The notes under the pieces were generated by a model. It did not search any database. It saw nothing but the letters and a program-made list of their open reading frames with translations, and had not been told where the DNA came from. Position numbers and translations under genes: made by a program. Below are positions 54,789 to 64,000 of a DNA stretch of 64,000 bases, one piece after another. Numbering within the stretch: the first letter of the stretch is position 1; every line of letters starts with the position of its first letter. Source of the stretch: Candidatus Woesearchaeota archaeon (GTDB taxonomy: Archaea > Nanobdellota > Nanobdellia > Woesearchaeales > UBA9642); NCBI GenBank assembly GCA_016928115.1, contig JAFGLI010000022.1, positions 560-64,559 of the forward strand. The letters are read 5' to 3'.

Positions 54789-55784
54789 ATGCCTGAAATA
54801 AGAAAAGACTATCTTATGGACAGATATGTGATAATTGCCTCAGAAAGAAGCAAAAGGCCTGTGCTTTTCAAAAAAACCAAAGCAGCTAAAAAAAAGAGCA
54901 ATTATGATAAGCAGTGCCCCTTCTGTAAAGGAAATGAAGCAATGCTTCCGGGCATTAATAAAGAGTATAATGTAAAAAAAGGAAAATCAAGTGACATAAT
55001 AAGGATAGTGCCCAATAAATACGAAGCTGCTATGCAAAAAGGAAATCCTGAATTAAAGAATGATAATGTATTTTACACATATTCTTCTTCATACGGCATT
55101 CACGAGGTTATTATAGAAACGCTTGAGCACGGCGTTGATTTTGAGGAACTGCCGCTGAACCAGTTAAAAAAAATCATTGAAGTTTATATTGAAAGCACAA
55201 AGGAATTAATAGGAAAACCAAATATAAAATATGTCTCTTTGTTCAAGAACCAGGGAAAAGAGGCAGGGGCATCAATCAACCATACCCATTCACAGATAAT
55301 AGGTTATAATATTGTTCCTGAATTGGTGAAAAAAAAGAATAAAAAAGCTAAGGAATTCTTTGAAAAAAACAATAGATGCGCTTATTGTGAAATAATTGAA
55401 AGGGAAAAAAACTCTTACAGGAGGGTTTTTGAAAACAACTCATTTATATCATTCTGCCCTTATGCATCAAGGTTTCAGTTTGAAGTGCTGTTAATTCCTA
55501 AAAGGCATTTTGCCTCTTTAATAGATATGGACAAAAAAGAAATAAAAGACCTTGCCGAAGCCCTGAAAAAAATATTAACAACTCTTGAAAAAATGGGACC
55601 TACGCCGTTTAATATAATGTTTTTCAACACCCACAATGTTGAGGACAACAAGGATTATTTCCACTTCCATATTGAGATTGCTCCAAGGATAAGCAACTTT
55701 GCAGGGTTTGAGATAGAAACAGAAACAATAATCAACACAACAACACCAGAAGATGCTGCTTCTTTTTACAGGGAAAACCTGTAA
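54789..55784 (+). CDS. galT: GalT-family (HIT superfamily) hexose-1-phosphate nucleotidyltransferase / NDP-glucose phosphorylase
   Basis: 'INHTHSQII' H-x-H-x-Q motif and N-terminal Zn-binding 'CPFCKGNE'. Start placed at 'MPEIRK' after the upstream stop. Confidence 0.7.
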   Translation: MPEIRKDYLMDRYVIIASERSKRPVLFKKTKAAKKKSNYDKQCPFCKGNEAMLPGINKEYNVKKGKSSDIIRIVPNKYEAAMQKGNPELKNDNVFYTYSSSYGIHEVIIETLEHGVDFEELPLNQLKKIIEVYIESTKELIGKPNIKYVSLFKNQGKEAGASINHTHSQIIGYNIVPELVKKKNKKAKEFFEKNNRCAYCEIIEREKNSYRRVFENNSFISFCPYASRFQFEVLLIPKRHFASLIDMDKKEIKDLAEALKKILTTLEKMGPTPFNIMFFNTHNVEDNKDYFHFHIEIAPRISNFAGFEIETETIINTTTPEDAASFYRENL

Positions 55785-55828
55785 AAAACATAAATATATA
55801 AAAGAGCAGGTTATCATATTAATAAAAA

Positions 55829-56824
55829 ATGAAAGTTATTATGCCTGTGGCTGGAAAAGGAACAAGGCTAAGGCCCCATACACACACAACAGCAAAACCC
55901 TTAGTCGAAGTTGCCGGGAAAGCTGTTTTAGGCCATATACTGGACAGATTAGAAGGATTAGACATAAATGAACTTATTTTTATTACAGGAAAGGATTATG
56001 AAAAAGATATTATTGATTATGTAAAAAAGAATTATTCCCAATATAAAGTTTCTTATGAAAGGCAAAAAGAAAAACTTGGAACTGCACATGCAATTTACCA
56101 GGCAAAAAAACACATAGATGAAGATGTTTTAATAGTCTATTGTGACAGCATAATTGAAGGTGATTTTGATATAATAAAAAAAACCAAAGCTGACGGCATA
56201 ATGTGGGCTAAAGAGGTTGAAGACCCTTCAGCTTATGGTGTTCTGGTTCTGGATGAAAATAATTACATAAAAAAAATGGTTGAAAAACCAGAGGAATTTA
56301 TCAGCAATCTGGCCAATGTTGGCATTTATTATATAAAAAATTATGAATTGTTGTTCAGGGAAATTGAGTATATTATAAAAAAAGACATTAAAAGAAAAGG
56401 AGAATATTATGTAACTTCTGCTTTCCAGAGAATGTTTGAAAAAGGGGAAAAAATGATTATAGGAAAAGTGGATAAATGGCTTGACTGCGGTAATATTGAT
56501 TCATTGCTTGAAACCAACCAGTACTTACTATCTAAAAAAAATAAAATAGAGGAAAAAGGGAAAAACTGCAAAATCATAAAGCCTGTTTATATTGAAAAAG
56601 GCGCAAAACTGGAAAATTCAACAATAGGCCCGTTTGTTTCAATAGGAAAAGGCACAGAAATCAAAGACAGCTTTATTGAAAACAGTATTATCGGCCTGGA
56701 AAACATCATATCAAATGTCAGAATAAACTCCTCAGTCATAGGAAGCTATACAAAAGTCTCTGGTGGAGAATTTAAAAAATTAAACATAGGAGACCATTCT
56801 CATATTGAAATACGTTTTGAGTAA
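55829..56824 (+). CDS. Sugar-1-phosphate nucleotidyltransferase (glucose-1-P adenylyl/uridylyl-transferase-like) with C-terminal left-handed beta-helix
   Basis: 'MPVAGKGTRLRPHTHTTAKPLVEVAGK' NTP_transferase signature. C-terminal hexapeptide-like repeats. Confidence 0.75.
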   Translation: MKVIMPVAGKGTRLRPHTHTTAKPLVEVAGKAVLGHILDRLEGLDINELIFITGKDYEKDIIDYVKKNYSQYKVSYERQKEKLGTAHAIYQAKKHIDEDVLIVYCDSIIEGDFDIIKKTKADGIMWAKEVEDPSAYGVLVLDENNYIKKMVEKPEEFISNLANVGIYYIKNYELLFREIEYIIKKDIKRKGEYYVTSAFQRMFEKGEKMIIGKVDKWLDCGNIDSLLETNQYLLSKKNKIEEKGKNCKIIKPVYIEKGAKLENSTIGPFVSIGKGTEIKDSFIENSIIGLENIISNVRINSSVIGSYTKVSGGEFKKLNIGDHSHIEIRFE

Positions 56825-56840
56825 AAAAGAACTTTTTCTT

Positions 56841-57683
56841 TTATTTCTTATCTTTTGGCATAAATACTGTCATATCATATTTATAGGGATTTTTCAGCAT
56901 ATCTAAGAAAGAAACTTCTTTATCAGTAATCAGCTCTGAGTTTGCGATTATTCCATACATATTGTTTTCAGAACACCTGAAGCAGGTCTTAACCTTTGTG
57001 GTTATCCCGCCTCTTCCAAGAGGGGAATTGTCTCTCCCTTCAATCATTCTGATTATTTCCTCATTCTTTTTTTCATTGAAATAAACCTCATTTATCAGTC
57101 TATCTTTATCATCATAAAGCCCGCCGTTGGGGTTGAACATTATATCTATACTTGAATTTGAATATTTTGCTATTAAATATGAAAGAGTATCATTGTCATC
57201 AAAATAATATTCCTCATCTTTTATCTTTTCCTTAAATTCCTCATCACTTACTGGGTCATTTTCATTTATTACAGGTATTGTGTTTTCATCTTCTGCATAA
57301 CACATATCTATTATTTTTATTATATTTTTCCTGTTTTCCCCGTTCTCAAGGTTTTTATGGGTTATGAGAAACTGAAATGGCTTAAACCCTTTCTTGCGAA
57401 ATTCATTTGCATACATATTAATTAGGTTGGTTTGCCCTAAACCTGAAAGATACTGAAGCTTGATTATTTTCTCAGGCCTTTCTTTTATGCCTTTTATCTC
57501 CATTCCCTTGAATACAGCGCCTGAAGTTACAATCTTTGGCTTATAGCCCTGCGTATATAATTCGGCTGTCTTGGCACAAAGACATTTAATTACTTTGGTG
57601 TCTATTTTATTCTTTCTTTTTTCCTTTAATGCTTCGGTCCCTATTTTGAGGACTATGCTATCCCCTGAATTCAGATTTATCAT
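56841..57683 (-). CDS. Amino-acid-kinase-family protein (glutamate-5-kinase-like)
   Basis: 'IVLKIGTEAL', 'IVTSGAV' and 'FDDNDTLSYLIA' resemble ProB motifs. No PUA domain. Confidence 0.5.
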   Translation of the reverse strand: MINLNSGDSIVLKIGTEALKEKRKNKIDTKVIKCLCAKTAELYTQGYKPKIVTSGAVFKGMEIKGIKERPEKIIKLQYLSGLGQTNLINMYANEFRKKGFKPFQFLITHKNLENGENRKNIIKIIDMCYAEDENTIPVINENDPVSDEEFKEKIKDEEYYFDDNDTLSYLIAKYSNSSIDIMFNPNGGLYDDKDRLINEVYFNEKKNEEIIRMIEGRDNSPLGRGGITTKVKTCFRCSENNMYGIIANSELITDKEVSFLDMLKNPYKYDMTVFMPKDKK

Positions 57684-57841
57684 TTTTTAACGATGTTACA
57701 AGTTTAAACCTGAAATAAATAAATACTTATAAACCTTTTGATAGTTTTACTTCTTTTTTGTAATAAAATATTTCTATGTTAATTTCAATTAAATTTATAA
57801 ACTGCTTTTGTTTCATTAATAAAAAAGGGTTGGGGACTCTC

Positions 57842-59578
57842 ATGATAAAACATTCTATTCTGAGAAAAGAGGTGAACGGTGAAGAGAAAAATAAAGAGAT
57901 TACAGGCTTTCTTCTGTCAAACCAGAATATTTTCTTTTCCCTTTCTTTTGGCGAAAATTTCACAAATTACAATGGATTATTTTCTTTTTATGACAATATG
58001 CCTTACAAAACAATAGAGAATATTTATTTGGATGAAAAAGAAAATGGAAAAATAATAGTAAATAAGATAAATTCTGCTGAAAGAATAAAAGGAAAAGCAA
58101 AAGAGATTTTTTCCCTGGAAAACAACTGCCTGAACTATGAAGTCAACGATTACAATGGATGGATAAATATTGAGCTTGACTTCAGAAGCATATTCTCAAA
58201 GCCGAGGTTCGGAAGGATATACAGCATTTACAAAGACAAAATCAAGAATAAAAAACACATTATTATTGAATATACTAATGAGGAAAACAAGGAAAAGCAT
58301 TTTATAGTTCTTTGCGGGGCAGAAAAATATAAATTAACTAACAACTGGGTAAGGAAGGAATATATATATGATAAAAAAAGAAGCAGTAATTTTGAATTCT
58401 ATGTTTATCAGGCCCTGAAAATAAAATGTGAGGAAAAAATAAAAATTATAATCAGTACGGGCAGGACAAAAGAGGAAGCCATATTAAATATTAATGAGAA
58501 CAACAGCCAAGGATTCCTGAAAAAGATTCCTGAAAAAGATGTGGATTTTGCATACATATGCGCTTTAAATTCATTATCCGGCTTAATGAAGGATGAAAGA
58601 AATATAAGGGCAGGGCTGCCCTGGTTTTTCCAGATATGGTCAAGGGATGAGCTGATTTCACTGAATGCATTCATACAGGAAGGAAAATATGATATAACTA
58701 AAAAAATATTGTGGAAATATCTTGAAAAAATAAATGAAAAAGGTAGGATTCCCAATATTCTTGATAATGATGAAAGCACTAATGCTGATTCAACAGGATG
58801 GCTATTTATGAGGATTAAGGATTTTATCGGAAAGTTCAATAAAAAAACAGACAGGAAAGACGGGGATTACATAAGTGAAAAACTCAGGGAAACTATTGAA
58901 AAAAATGAGAAAAATTACATGGAAAACAGCCTCATACATAATTACGCCCAGGAAACATGGATGGACAGCATATCAAGAGAGGGATTCTGCATTGAAAACC
59001 AGGCTTTTTATCTCAATATGCTTAAGCTGATGCAAAAATTCGATAATAGCCAAAAATGGAGGAAAAAAGAAAAAGATTTCAGAAAAACTGTAAAAGAAAG
59101 ATTTTTTGAAAACGGAATCCTTAAAGACAACCTTAAAGACAATGAGATAAGGCCTAATGCCTTTATTGCATATTATATATACCCTGAATTGCTTACTAAA
59201 AAAGAATGGGAGAGCGTATTTGACAATTTATTAGAAAGCCTGTGGCTTGACTGGGGGGGAATCAGCACAGTTGACAAAAAAAGCAAAGATTTTCATGAAT
59301 ATTATACGGGGGAAAATGACTTCAGCTACCACCAGGGCGACTCATGGTTCTGGCTTAATAATCTGGCTGCTGTAAGTATGATTAAGCTGAATAAGAAGAA
59401 GTACAAAAAATATATTGAGAAAATAAAAGAAGCTTCAACAAAGGAAATATTATTCGGGGGACTTATAGGCCATGCCTCTGAGTTATCTGATGCTAAAGAA
59501 TTAAATCCCGGCGGAACCTTCTGCCAGGCCTGGAGCAGCGCCATATTCATAGAACTCTGCAGAATTATTTGTAGTTGA
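57842..59578 (+). CDS. Glycogen debranching enzyme (amylo-alpha-1,6-glucosidase, GDE C-domain type)
   Basis: 'GLPWFFQIWSRDELISLNAF' and 'HQGDSWFW' match the GDE_C signatures. Start taken at the internal Met after a 'ggggac' RBS-like motif. Confidence 0.7.
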   Translation: MIKHSILRKEVNGEEKNKEITGFLLSNQNIFFSLSFGENFTNYNGLFSFYDNMPYKTIENIYLDEKENGKIIVNKINSAERIKGKAKEIFSLENNCLNYEVNDYNGWINIELDFRSIFSKPRFGRIYSIYKDKIKNKKHIIIEYTNEENKEKHFIVLCGAEKYKLTNNWVRKEYIYDKKRSSNFEFYVYQALKIKCEEKIKIIISTGRTKEEAILNINENNSQGFLKKIPEKDVDFAYICALNSLSGLMKDERNIRAGLPWFFQIWSRDELISLNAFIQEGKYDITKKILWKYLEKINEKGRIPNILDNDESTNADSTGWLFMRIKDFIGKFNKKTDRKDGDYISEKLRETIEKNEKNYMENSLIHNYAQETWMDSISREGFCIENQAFYLNMLKLMQKFDNSQKWRKKEKDFRKTVKERFFENGILKDNLKDNEIRPNAFIAYYIYPELLTKKEWESVFDNLLESLWLDWGGISTVDKKSKDFHEYYTGENDFSYHQGDSWFWLNNLAAVSMIKLNKKKYKKYIEKIKEASTKEILFGGLIGHASELSDAKELNPGGTFCQAWSSAIFIELCRIICS

Positions 59579-60031
59579 ATGATTTTCTAAACAAGCCATA
59601 TAATCTAAAGGAGCTATTTTAAATTTACTAATTATTTTTTCTTTATTATAAAATATTAAAAGAACATCATCTAAATTTACATGATTCCCGTTATTAGTCT
59701 TGATTTCTCCTTTTTTAAATTTATACAAACGATTCAAACTTATAATATTACTCTCCCAAGAAGAGTTTTTTCCATCCAAAAATAAAGTATATTTTTCTGT
59801 ATTCAACTCACCATCATAAAAAGGAAATATATAATTCAGTTGGGTTATTATATTTGGCTTTTTTGATAAATTTTCTGCAAAAGATATGGCTTTTTCTATA
59901 TCCTCTTTTTTAATAGAACACAACATAAACTTCTTTAACAATACTTCTAAGTCATCTTTAACTAACTTTATCTCTATATTATAAGAAGGTCTACCATAAC
60001 AAATAGAATATTCAAGAGAAATTCTAATCAC
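59501..60031 (-). CDS. Hypothetical protein (176 aa); 3' end overlaps the GDE gene by 78 nt
   Basis: ORF only; the overlap makes the C-terminus doubtful. Confidence 0.3.
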   Translation of the reverse strand: MIRISLEYSICYGRPSYNIEIKLVKDDLEVLLKKFMLCSIKKEDIEKAISFAENLSKKPNIITQLNYIFPFYDGELNTEKYTLFLDGKNSSWESNIISLNRLYKFKKGEIKTNNGNHVNLDDVLLIFYNKEKIISKFKIAPLDYMACLENHSTTNNSAEFYEYGAAPGLAEGSAGI

Positions 60032-60212
60032 CTCTTATAATTTTGGTTTCATTATTATCCATATATATTTTCATATAAATACCTCGTACTATATATTACC
60101 ATTTATGTATACTAGTATATATAAATTTTTCGGTTTTTTCATTACTTTGTAAAGGTTAATTCATAGTAAAAACATTAGTTTTTTAAATAATTTACTTATT
60201 TTTATTTTAAAG

Positions 60213-61232
60213 ATGGTTTCAGAAATAATTGAAAAAGCAGATAAAATTTACAGAAAAAACTTTCCTATGGAAACATGGTTTGAAAGGGCTATATTCTTTA
60301 GCTGGTATTGTGCAATAAGAAACTGTAAATTCTGCTATATGAGCACACAGCCCAGAAAAAAAGATCCTGTTAAGGCGAGGAGAAAAGAATCATCCCTGCT
60401 CGCGGAGTTGATATTATGCAAAAAACTCGGCTGGAGGCTTGGCTTTATATCAGGGGGTTTAGGAGCTTTTGAGACTATTGAGTTTGAAAAGATACTTAAA
60501 GACATGCATAAAATAACCAATGAAAAGATGTGGCTTAATATTGGCGCTGTTGATGAGGAAAAGATAAAAAAATTCCTGCCCTACGTAAAAGGCCTTGTAG
60601 GTTCAATAGAAACCATTAACAAAAAAATACATAACTTTATATGCCCTTCAAAGCCCATTGAAAAATATGAAATGATGTTTGAAATAGCTGGGAAATACGG
60701 GCTGAAAAAAGCCATGACAATAATAATAGGCTTAGGAGAAACAATAAAAGATTATTCTAAATTAAAAGAATTCATTGAGAAACACAATATAGAAAAAATA
60801 CATTTTTACGGCCTGAACCCTCAGAAAGGAACTATATTTGAAAATGCTGATCCTCCTTCAGTTGAATATCAGGCAGAATGGATAGCAAGGACAAGGATTG
60901 ATTTCCCTAAAATAGACATTCAATGCGGAATATGGAAGGACAGGACAGACTATATTCCTTTATTATTGAAAGCAGGAGCCAATTCAATAAGCAAATATCC
61001 AATTACAAGATATTTTGCCTCAAAATCAGCACATGAAATTGAAGATTATTCTAAAAAAGCAGGAAGAGCATTCAAAGGAACATTAACAAAAATACCTGAA
61101 AACATAAACTGGGACAAGGAAGTTAATAATCTGGATTTAGATAAAGAAATTAAAGAGAAAGTAAGGAAAAAATTAAAACAGTATCTGAAGAAAATGAAAA
61201 ATAATGTAAAGGAATGGGAAAACAAAAAATGA
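60213..61232 (+). CDS. Radical SAM protein (BioB/ThiH/HydE-like) with non-canonical CX4CX2C cluster motif
   Basis: 'SWYCAIRNCKFCYM'. Downstream 'IIIGLGETIKDYSKLKEFIEKHNIEKIHFYGLNPQKGT' is BioB-like. Confidence 0.6.
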   Translation: MVSEIIEKADKIYRKNFPMETWFERAIFFSWYCAIRNCKFCYMSTQPRKKDPVKARRKESSLLAELILCKKLGWRLGFISGGLGAFETIEFEKILKDMHKITNEKMWLNIGAVDEEKIKKFLPYVKGLVGSIETINKKIHNFICPSKPIEKYEMMFEIAGKYGLKKAMTIIIGLGETIKDYSKLKEFIEKHNIEKIHFYGLNPQKGTIFENADPPSVEYQAEWIARTRIDFPKIDIQCGIWKDRTDYIPLLLKAGANSISKYPITRYFASKSAHEIEDYSKKAGRAFKGTLTKIPENINWDKEVNNLDLDKEIKEKVRKKLKQYLKKMKNNVKEWENKK

Positions 61233-61244
61233 TTGATTATTTCT

Positions 61245-62237
61245 CTAAGAAAATTCCTTCATATAAACATCTAATGAAACTGTTAAAACAGACATTATCA
61301 GAGGCCCCAGTATAAAGCCTATAAACCCAAACATATAAATCCCGCCTATGACACCCAATAAAGCAAGCAAGGGATGCAGTTTTGTTTTTGAAGACACCAA
61401 TCTTGGCCTTAATATATAGTCAAAGCCGTTTATTACCAGAGCACCATATATCAGAATAAAAGAGCCCAATAATGTTGAACTCTGGGCCAGATAAAACACA
61501 CCTAATGGAAACCACACCAGGGGAGGACCTATCAAAGGAATAAAAGATACTATGGCTATAAGGAAACTCCAGAATACAAAATTCGGAACACCTATGAGCC
61601 AGAATCCTATTCCTGCAAGAAGTCCCTGAATAATTGCTATGAGCAACTGACCGTATATTACATTTCTTGTGACTTTTTCCATTTCCTTGACAAAATAACT
61701 CCTGTGCCCTTCTTTCATAGGAAGAATTTTCTTAAATCCCTCGCTGAGTTTATCACCGTCTTTAAACATATAATAAATCACGAAAAACATCACAAATAGC
61801 CCTATAAAAACAAAAAGCATTGAAGTCACCAAACTCGGAATTGCATTAACAAGCCATGACCTGAACTGATTAATGCTGTTCTCAAAATAATGCCTTGAAG
61901 TTTCACCGAACAGATTTGCAATCCTGTCTGAAAAAGTGCCCAGAAAGGTTTGACCTGCTGTATTGTAAACCTGGATTGTCTGCTTAACTAAAAGATTGCC
62001 TAAAAAAATTGTAGGCACAACCAGAAGAGCCAATATTAGCAGGACTATAAGAACGGCTATAAGGCTTTTGAATTTTTTCTTATCTGATAGTTTTTTATAT
62101 ATGGGAAGAAAAGCATATCCTAATATTATGCCTAACAATATATAAGTCAAGAAAGGCCTTATGATGAAAAAAGAAAGTACTATTATAGACAGCATCATTA
62201 TTACAAAGAAATATTTTGAAATCTTTTCTTTATCCAT
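61245..62237 (-). CDS. AI-2E family transporter (PerM/YhhT-like permease)
   Basis: 8 TM topology with 'GFWLIGVPNFVFWSFLIAIVSFIPLIGPPLVWFP'. Confidence 0.65.
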   Translation of the reverse strand: MDKEKISKYFFVIMMLSIIVLSFFIIRPFLTYILLGIILGYAFLPIYKKLSDKKKFKSLIAVLIVLLILALLVVPTIFLGNLLVKQTIQVYNTAGQTFLGTFSDRIANLFGETSRHYFENSINQFRSWLVNAIPSLVTSMLFVFIGLFVMFFVIYYMFKDGDKLSEGFKKILPMKEGHRSYFVKEMEKVTRNVIYGQLLIAIIQGLLAGIGFWLIGVPNFVFWSFLIAIVSFIPLIGPPLVWFPLGVFYLAQSSTLLGSFILIYGALVINGFDYILRPRLVSSKTKLHPLLALLGVIGGIYMFGFIGFILGPLIMSVLTVSLDVYMKEFS

Positions 62238-62322
62238 CTGGTATACTCCCCCTTTTTGTATAATTTATAATTATATAAAAAATTAATATTAATAAATGTT
62301 TTGACTTTTGAAAATCAGGGAT

Positions 62323-63612
62323 TTATCTTATTTTCTTCCCTATTTTCTTATTTCCGTTCATATAAGGTATTAAGACTTTAGGAATATTGACTGTGCCGTC
62401 CTTGTTCTGGTTATTCTCTAATATTGGCACTAAAGCTCTTGGCGGAGGTATTAATGTTGCATTCAGGGTGTGAACATATTTAGTTCCTTCCTCTTTTTCC
62501 TTTGAATACCTTATATTGCTCCTCACAGCCTGGTAGGAAGTGCAGTTGCTGCATGAGACCATTTCCCTGTATTTGTTTTGTTTAGGAACCCATGCCTCCA
62601 AGTCATACTTCTTGGCTGCAACAATACCCATTTCACCCGTACATATTAAAACCTGCCTGAATGGGATATTTAATGATTTCCAGAAATCTATGCTGTTTTT
62701 GATTAATTCCTCATGAAGCTTCCATGAGTCCTCCGGCTTTGAGATTATTATCTGCTCTACTTTATCAAACTGATGAACCCTGAATATCCCTTTTGTATCT
62801 TTTCCATGTGAGCCTGCTTCTTTTCTGAAATTAGTACTAAAACCAACTATTTTTATTGGAAGATCATCTTCTTTTAAAATCTCATTTTTATACATTGATA
62901 TCAAAGGATGCTCTGAAGTTCCAATCATATAAAGGTCCTCATCCTGTATTTTATAAATCATTTCCTCGAAATCAGCCATAGATATTACTCCATCATATGA
63001 GTCCCTGTTTATTGCAAAAGGCGGAATAACAAGATTATATCCTTTTTTCAGCATAAAATCAATTCCATAACTTGAAACTGCCCTATGTAATAATGCTAAT
63101 TCCCCTTTAAGAAAATACCATCTTGCCCCGCTTGTCTTTGCTGCCCTTTCAATGTCTGCCCATCCCTGCTTTTTCATAAGTTCAGAATGGCCCATAACAT
63201 CAAAATTGAACTTGGGCTTTTTACCGAATTTTTTTATTTCTTTATTATCCTCTTCATCCTTGCCTTTAGGAACAGACTTATGCAGAACATTGGGGATTTT
63301 TAACAAATAATCAATCATTATTTCTTTTAATTTTGAACTCTTTTCCTCTAGTTTTTTTATCTTTTCAGGTATGGATTTTACCTCTTTTATTATAGGTTTT
63401 ATATCTTTTCCTTCTTTTTTATATTGGTTTATTTTCTCAGAAAGAATATTTCTTTTATGCCTTAGCTCATCTATCTTTTGCTTTATTTCTCTCCATTCCC
63501 TGTCTTTTTTAAGCAAATCATCCAGCCATTTAATCTTTTCCTTCTGGTTTCTTTTCTCAAGGTCTTTTTTTATTACATCAGGGTTTTCCCTTATGAAATG
63601 GATGTCTAGCAT
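62323..63612 (-). CDS. serS: Seryl-tRNA synthetase
   Basis: N-terminal coiled-coil arm and a class II core with 'FRKEAGSHGKDTKGIFRVHQFDKVEQ'. Confidence 0.88.
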   Translation of the reverse strand: MLDIHFIRENPDVIKKDLEKRNQKEKIKWLDDLLKKDREWREIKQKIDELRHKRNILSEKINQYKKEGKDIKPIIKEVKSIPEKIKKLEEKSSKLKEIMIDYLLKIPNVLHKSVPKGKDEEDNKEIKKFGKKPKFNFDVMGHSELMKKQGWADIERAAKTSGARWYFLKGELALLHRAVSSYGIDFMLKKGYNLVIPPFAINRDSYDGVISMADFEEMIYKIQDEDLYMIGTSEHPLISMYKNEILKEDDLPIKIVGFSTNFRKEAGSHGKDTKGIFRVHQFDKVEQIIISKPEDSWKLHEELIKNSIDFWKSLNIPFRQVLICTGEMGIVAAKKYDLEAWVPKQNKYREMVSCSNCTSYQAVRSNIRYSKEKEEGTKYVHTLNATLIPPPRALVPILENNQNKDGTVNIPKVLIPYMNGNKKIGKKIR

Positions 63613-63650
63613 GTTAATAAAAAATGAGGGATAGAAGTTTATAAAATTTA

Positions 63651-63917
63651 TTATTTTTCAAAAAATTCCCCTAAATCACCATCTTTTTCTTCATCTTCTT
63701 TATTTTTAATTTTACTCTTTTTCTTTAATCCTTCATCATAAAGAGAAATATTGTTCTTTTTAGCCCATTCATAAGCCTCTTTGGCTTTTTCTGTGTATTC
63801 TTTTGTTCCCTTATCAGGCTCTATCTTTGCGCCTTCATTATAGAAAAAATCCATGCCTCTGTTCATTTTCTTGCCCCTTATTGTATGGCTGTCTAATGCA
63901 TAATCAGGTATCTGCAT
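63651..63917 (-). CDS. Hypothetical small protein (88 aa)
   Basis: ORF only. Confidence 0.3.
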   Translation of the reverse strand: MQIPDYALDSHTIRGKKMNRGMDFFYNEGAKIEPDKGTKEYTEKAKEAYEWAKKNNISLYDEGLKKKSKIKNKEDEEKDGDLGEFFEK

Positions 63918-64000
63918 TTTCTCATTTTTTCTTCTTTTGTAATAGAGCCATGCGGGCAGTGTGCAGGTGTCTCTTGACTTATCAGCCCGGCATAAAGCCA

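Noticed and set aside
1-64000. CRISPR arrays, tRNA genes, rRNA genes
   Set aside because: No regularly spaced short direct repeats were seen. No GC-rich cloverleaf-sized islands occur in the intergenic spacers other than the repeat-element cores. No rRNA-like stretches were seen. A tRNA scan would be needed to exclude short tRNAs completely.

Overview
This is a densely coded, visibly AT-rich window whose gene content points to a small-genome archaeon, possibly DPANN-like. Archaeal markers present: family-B DNA polymerase, an MCM-type AAA+ module, ABCE1, RNase P subunit Rpp21, archaeal-type TyrRS, GlyRS, SerS, a ZPR1 zinc finger, DUF99, SepF, an Lrp regulator and a two-subunit 2-oxoacid:ferredoxin oxidoreductase. 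TGA and TAA both act as stops, so the standard code is assumed.

Main functional blocks:
- Gluconeogenesis/glycolysis: PEP synthase, a bacterial-type (class I) GAPDH, PGK.
- An alpha-glucan/glycogen operon on the + strand (49.4-56.8 kb): GT5-like archaeal glycogen synthase, GH57, two small paralogous unknown proteins, a eukaryote-type GT3 glycogen synthase, GalT-family transferase and a sugar-1-phosphate nucleotidyltransferase. A glycogen debranching enzyme (57.8 kb) and a GH15 glucoamylase-like enzyme (5.5 kb) lie elsewhere in the window.
- A cluster of three secreted cysteine-rich proteins (24.3-29.7 kb), including a 952-aa protein with MopE-like D-x-D-C-D-G repeats.
- Assorted regulators, membrane proteins and hypothetical proteins.

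The most unusual non-coding signal is a roughly 190-bp cassette present twice in direct orientation (near 3.2 kb and 18.9 kb). Its roughly 140-nt core has a 14-17 bp terminal stem, conserved internal helices and variable loops, and the two copies differ by two compensatory base-pair changes in the terminal stem. Each copy supplies the last codons and TGA stop of the upstream gene. Each is followed by a conserved 'attaataaatgaaat' motif that contains an ATG.

No rRNA, tRNA or CRISPR array was recognised. All calls are made by eye from the sequence and the six-frame translations; no database search was run.
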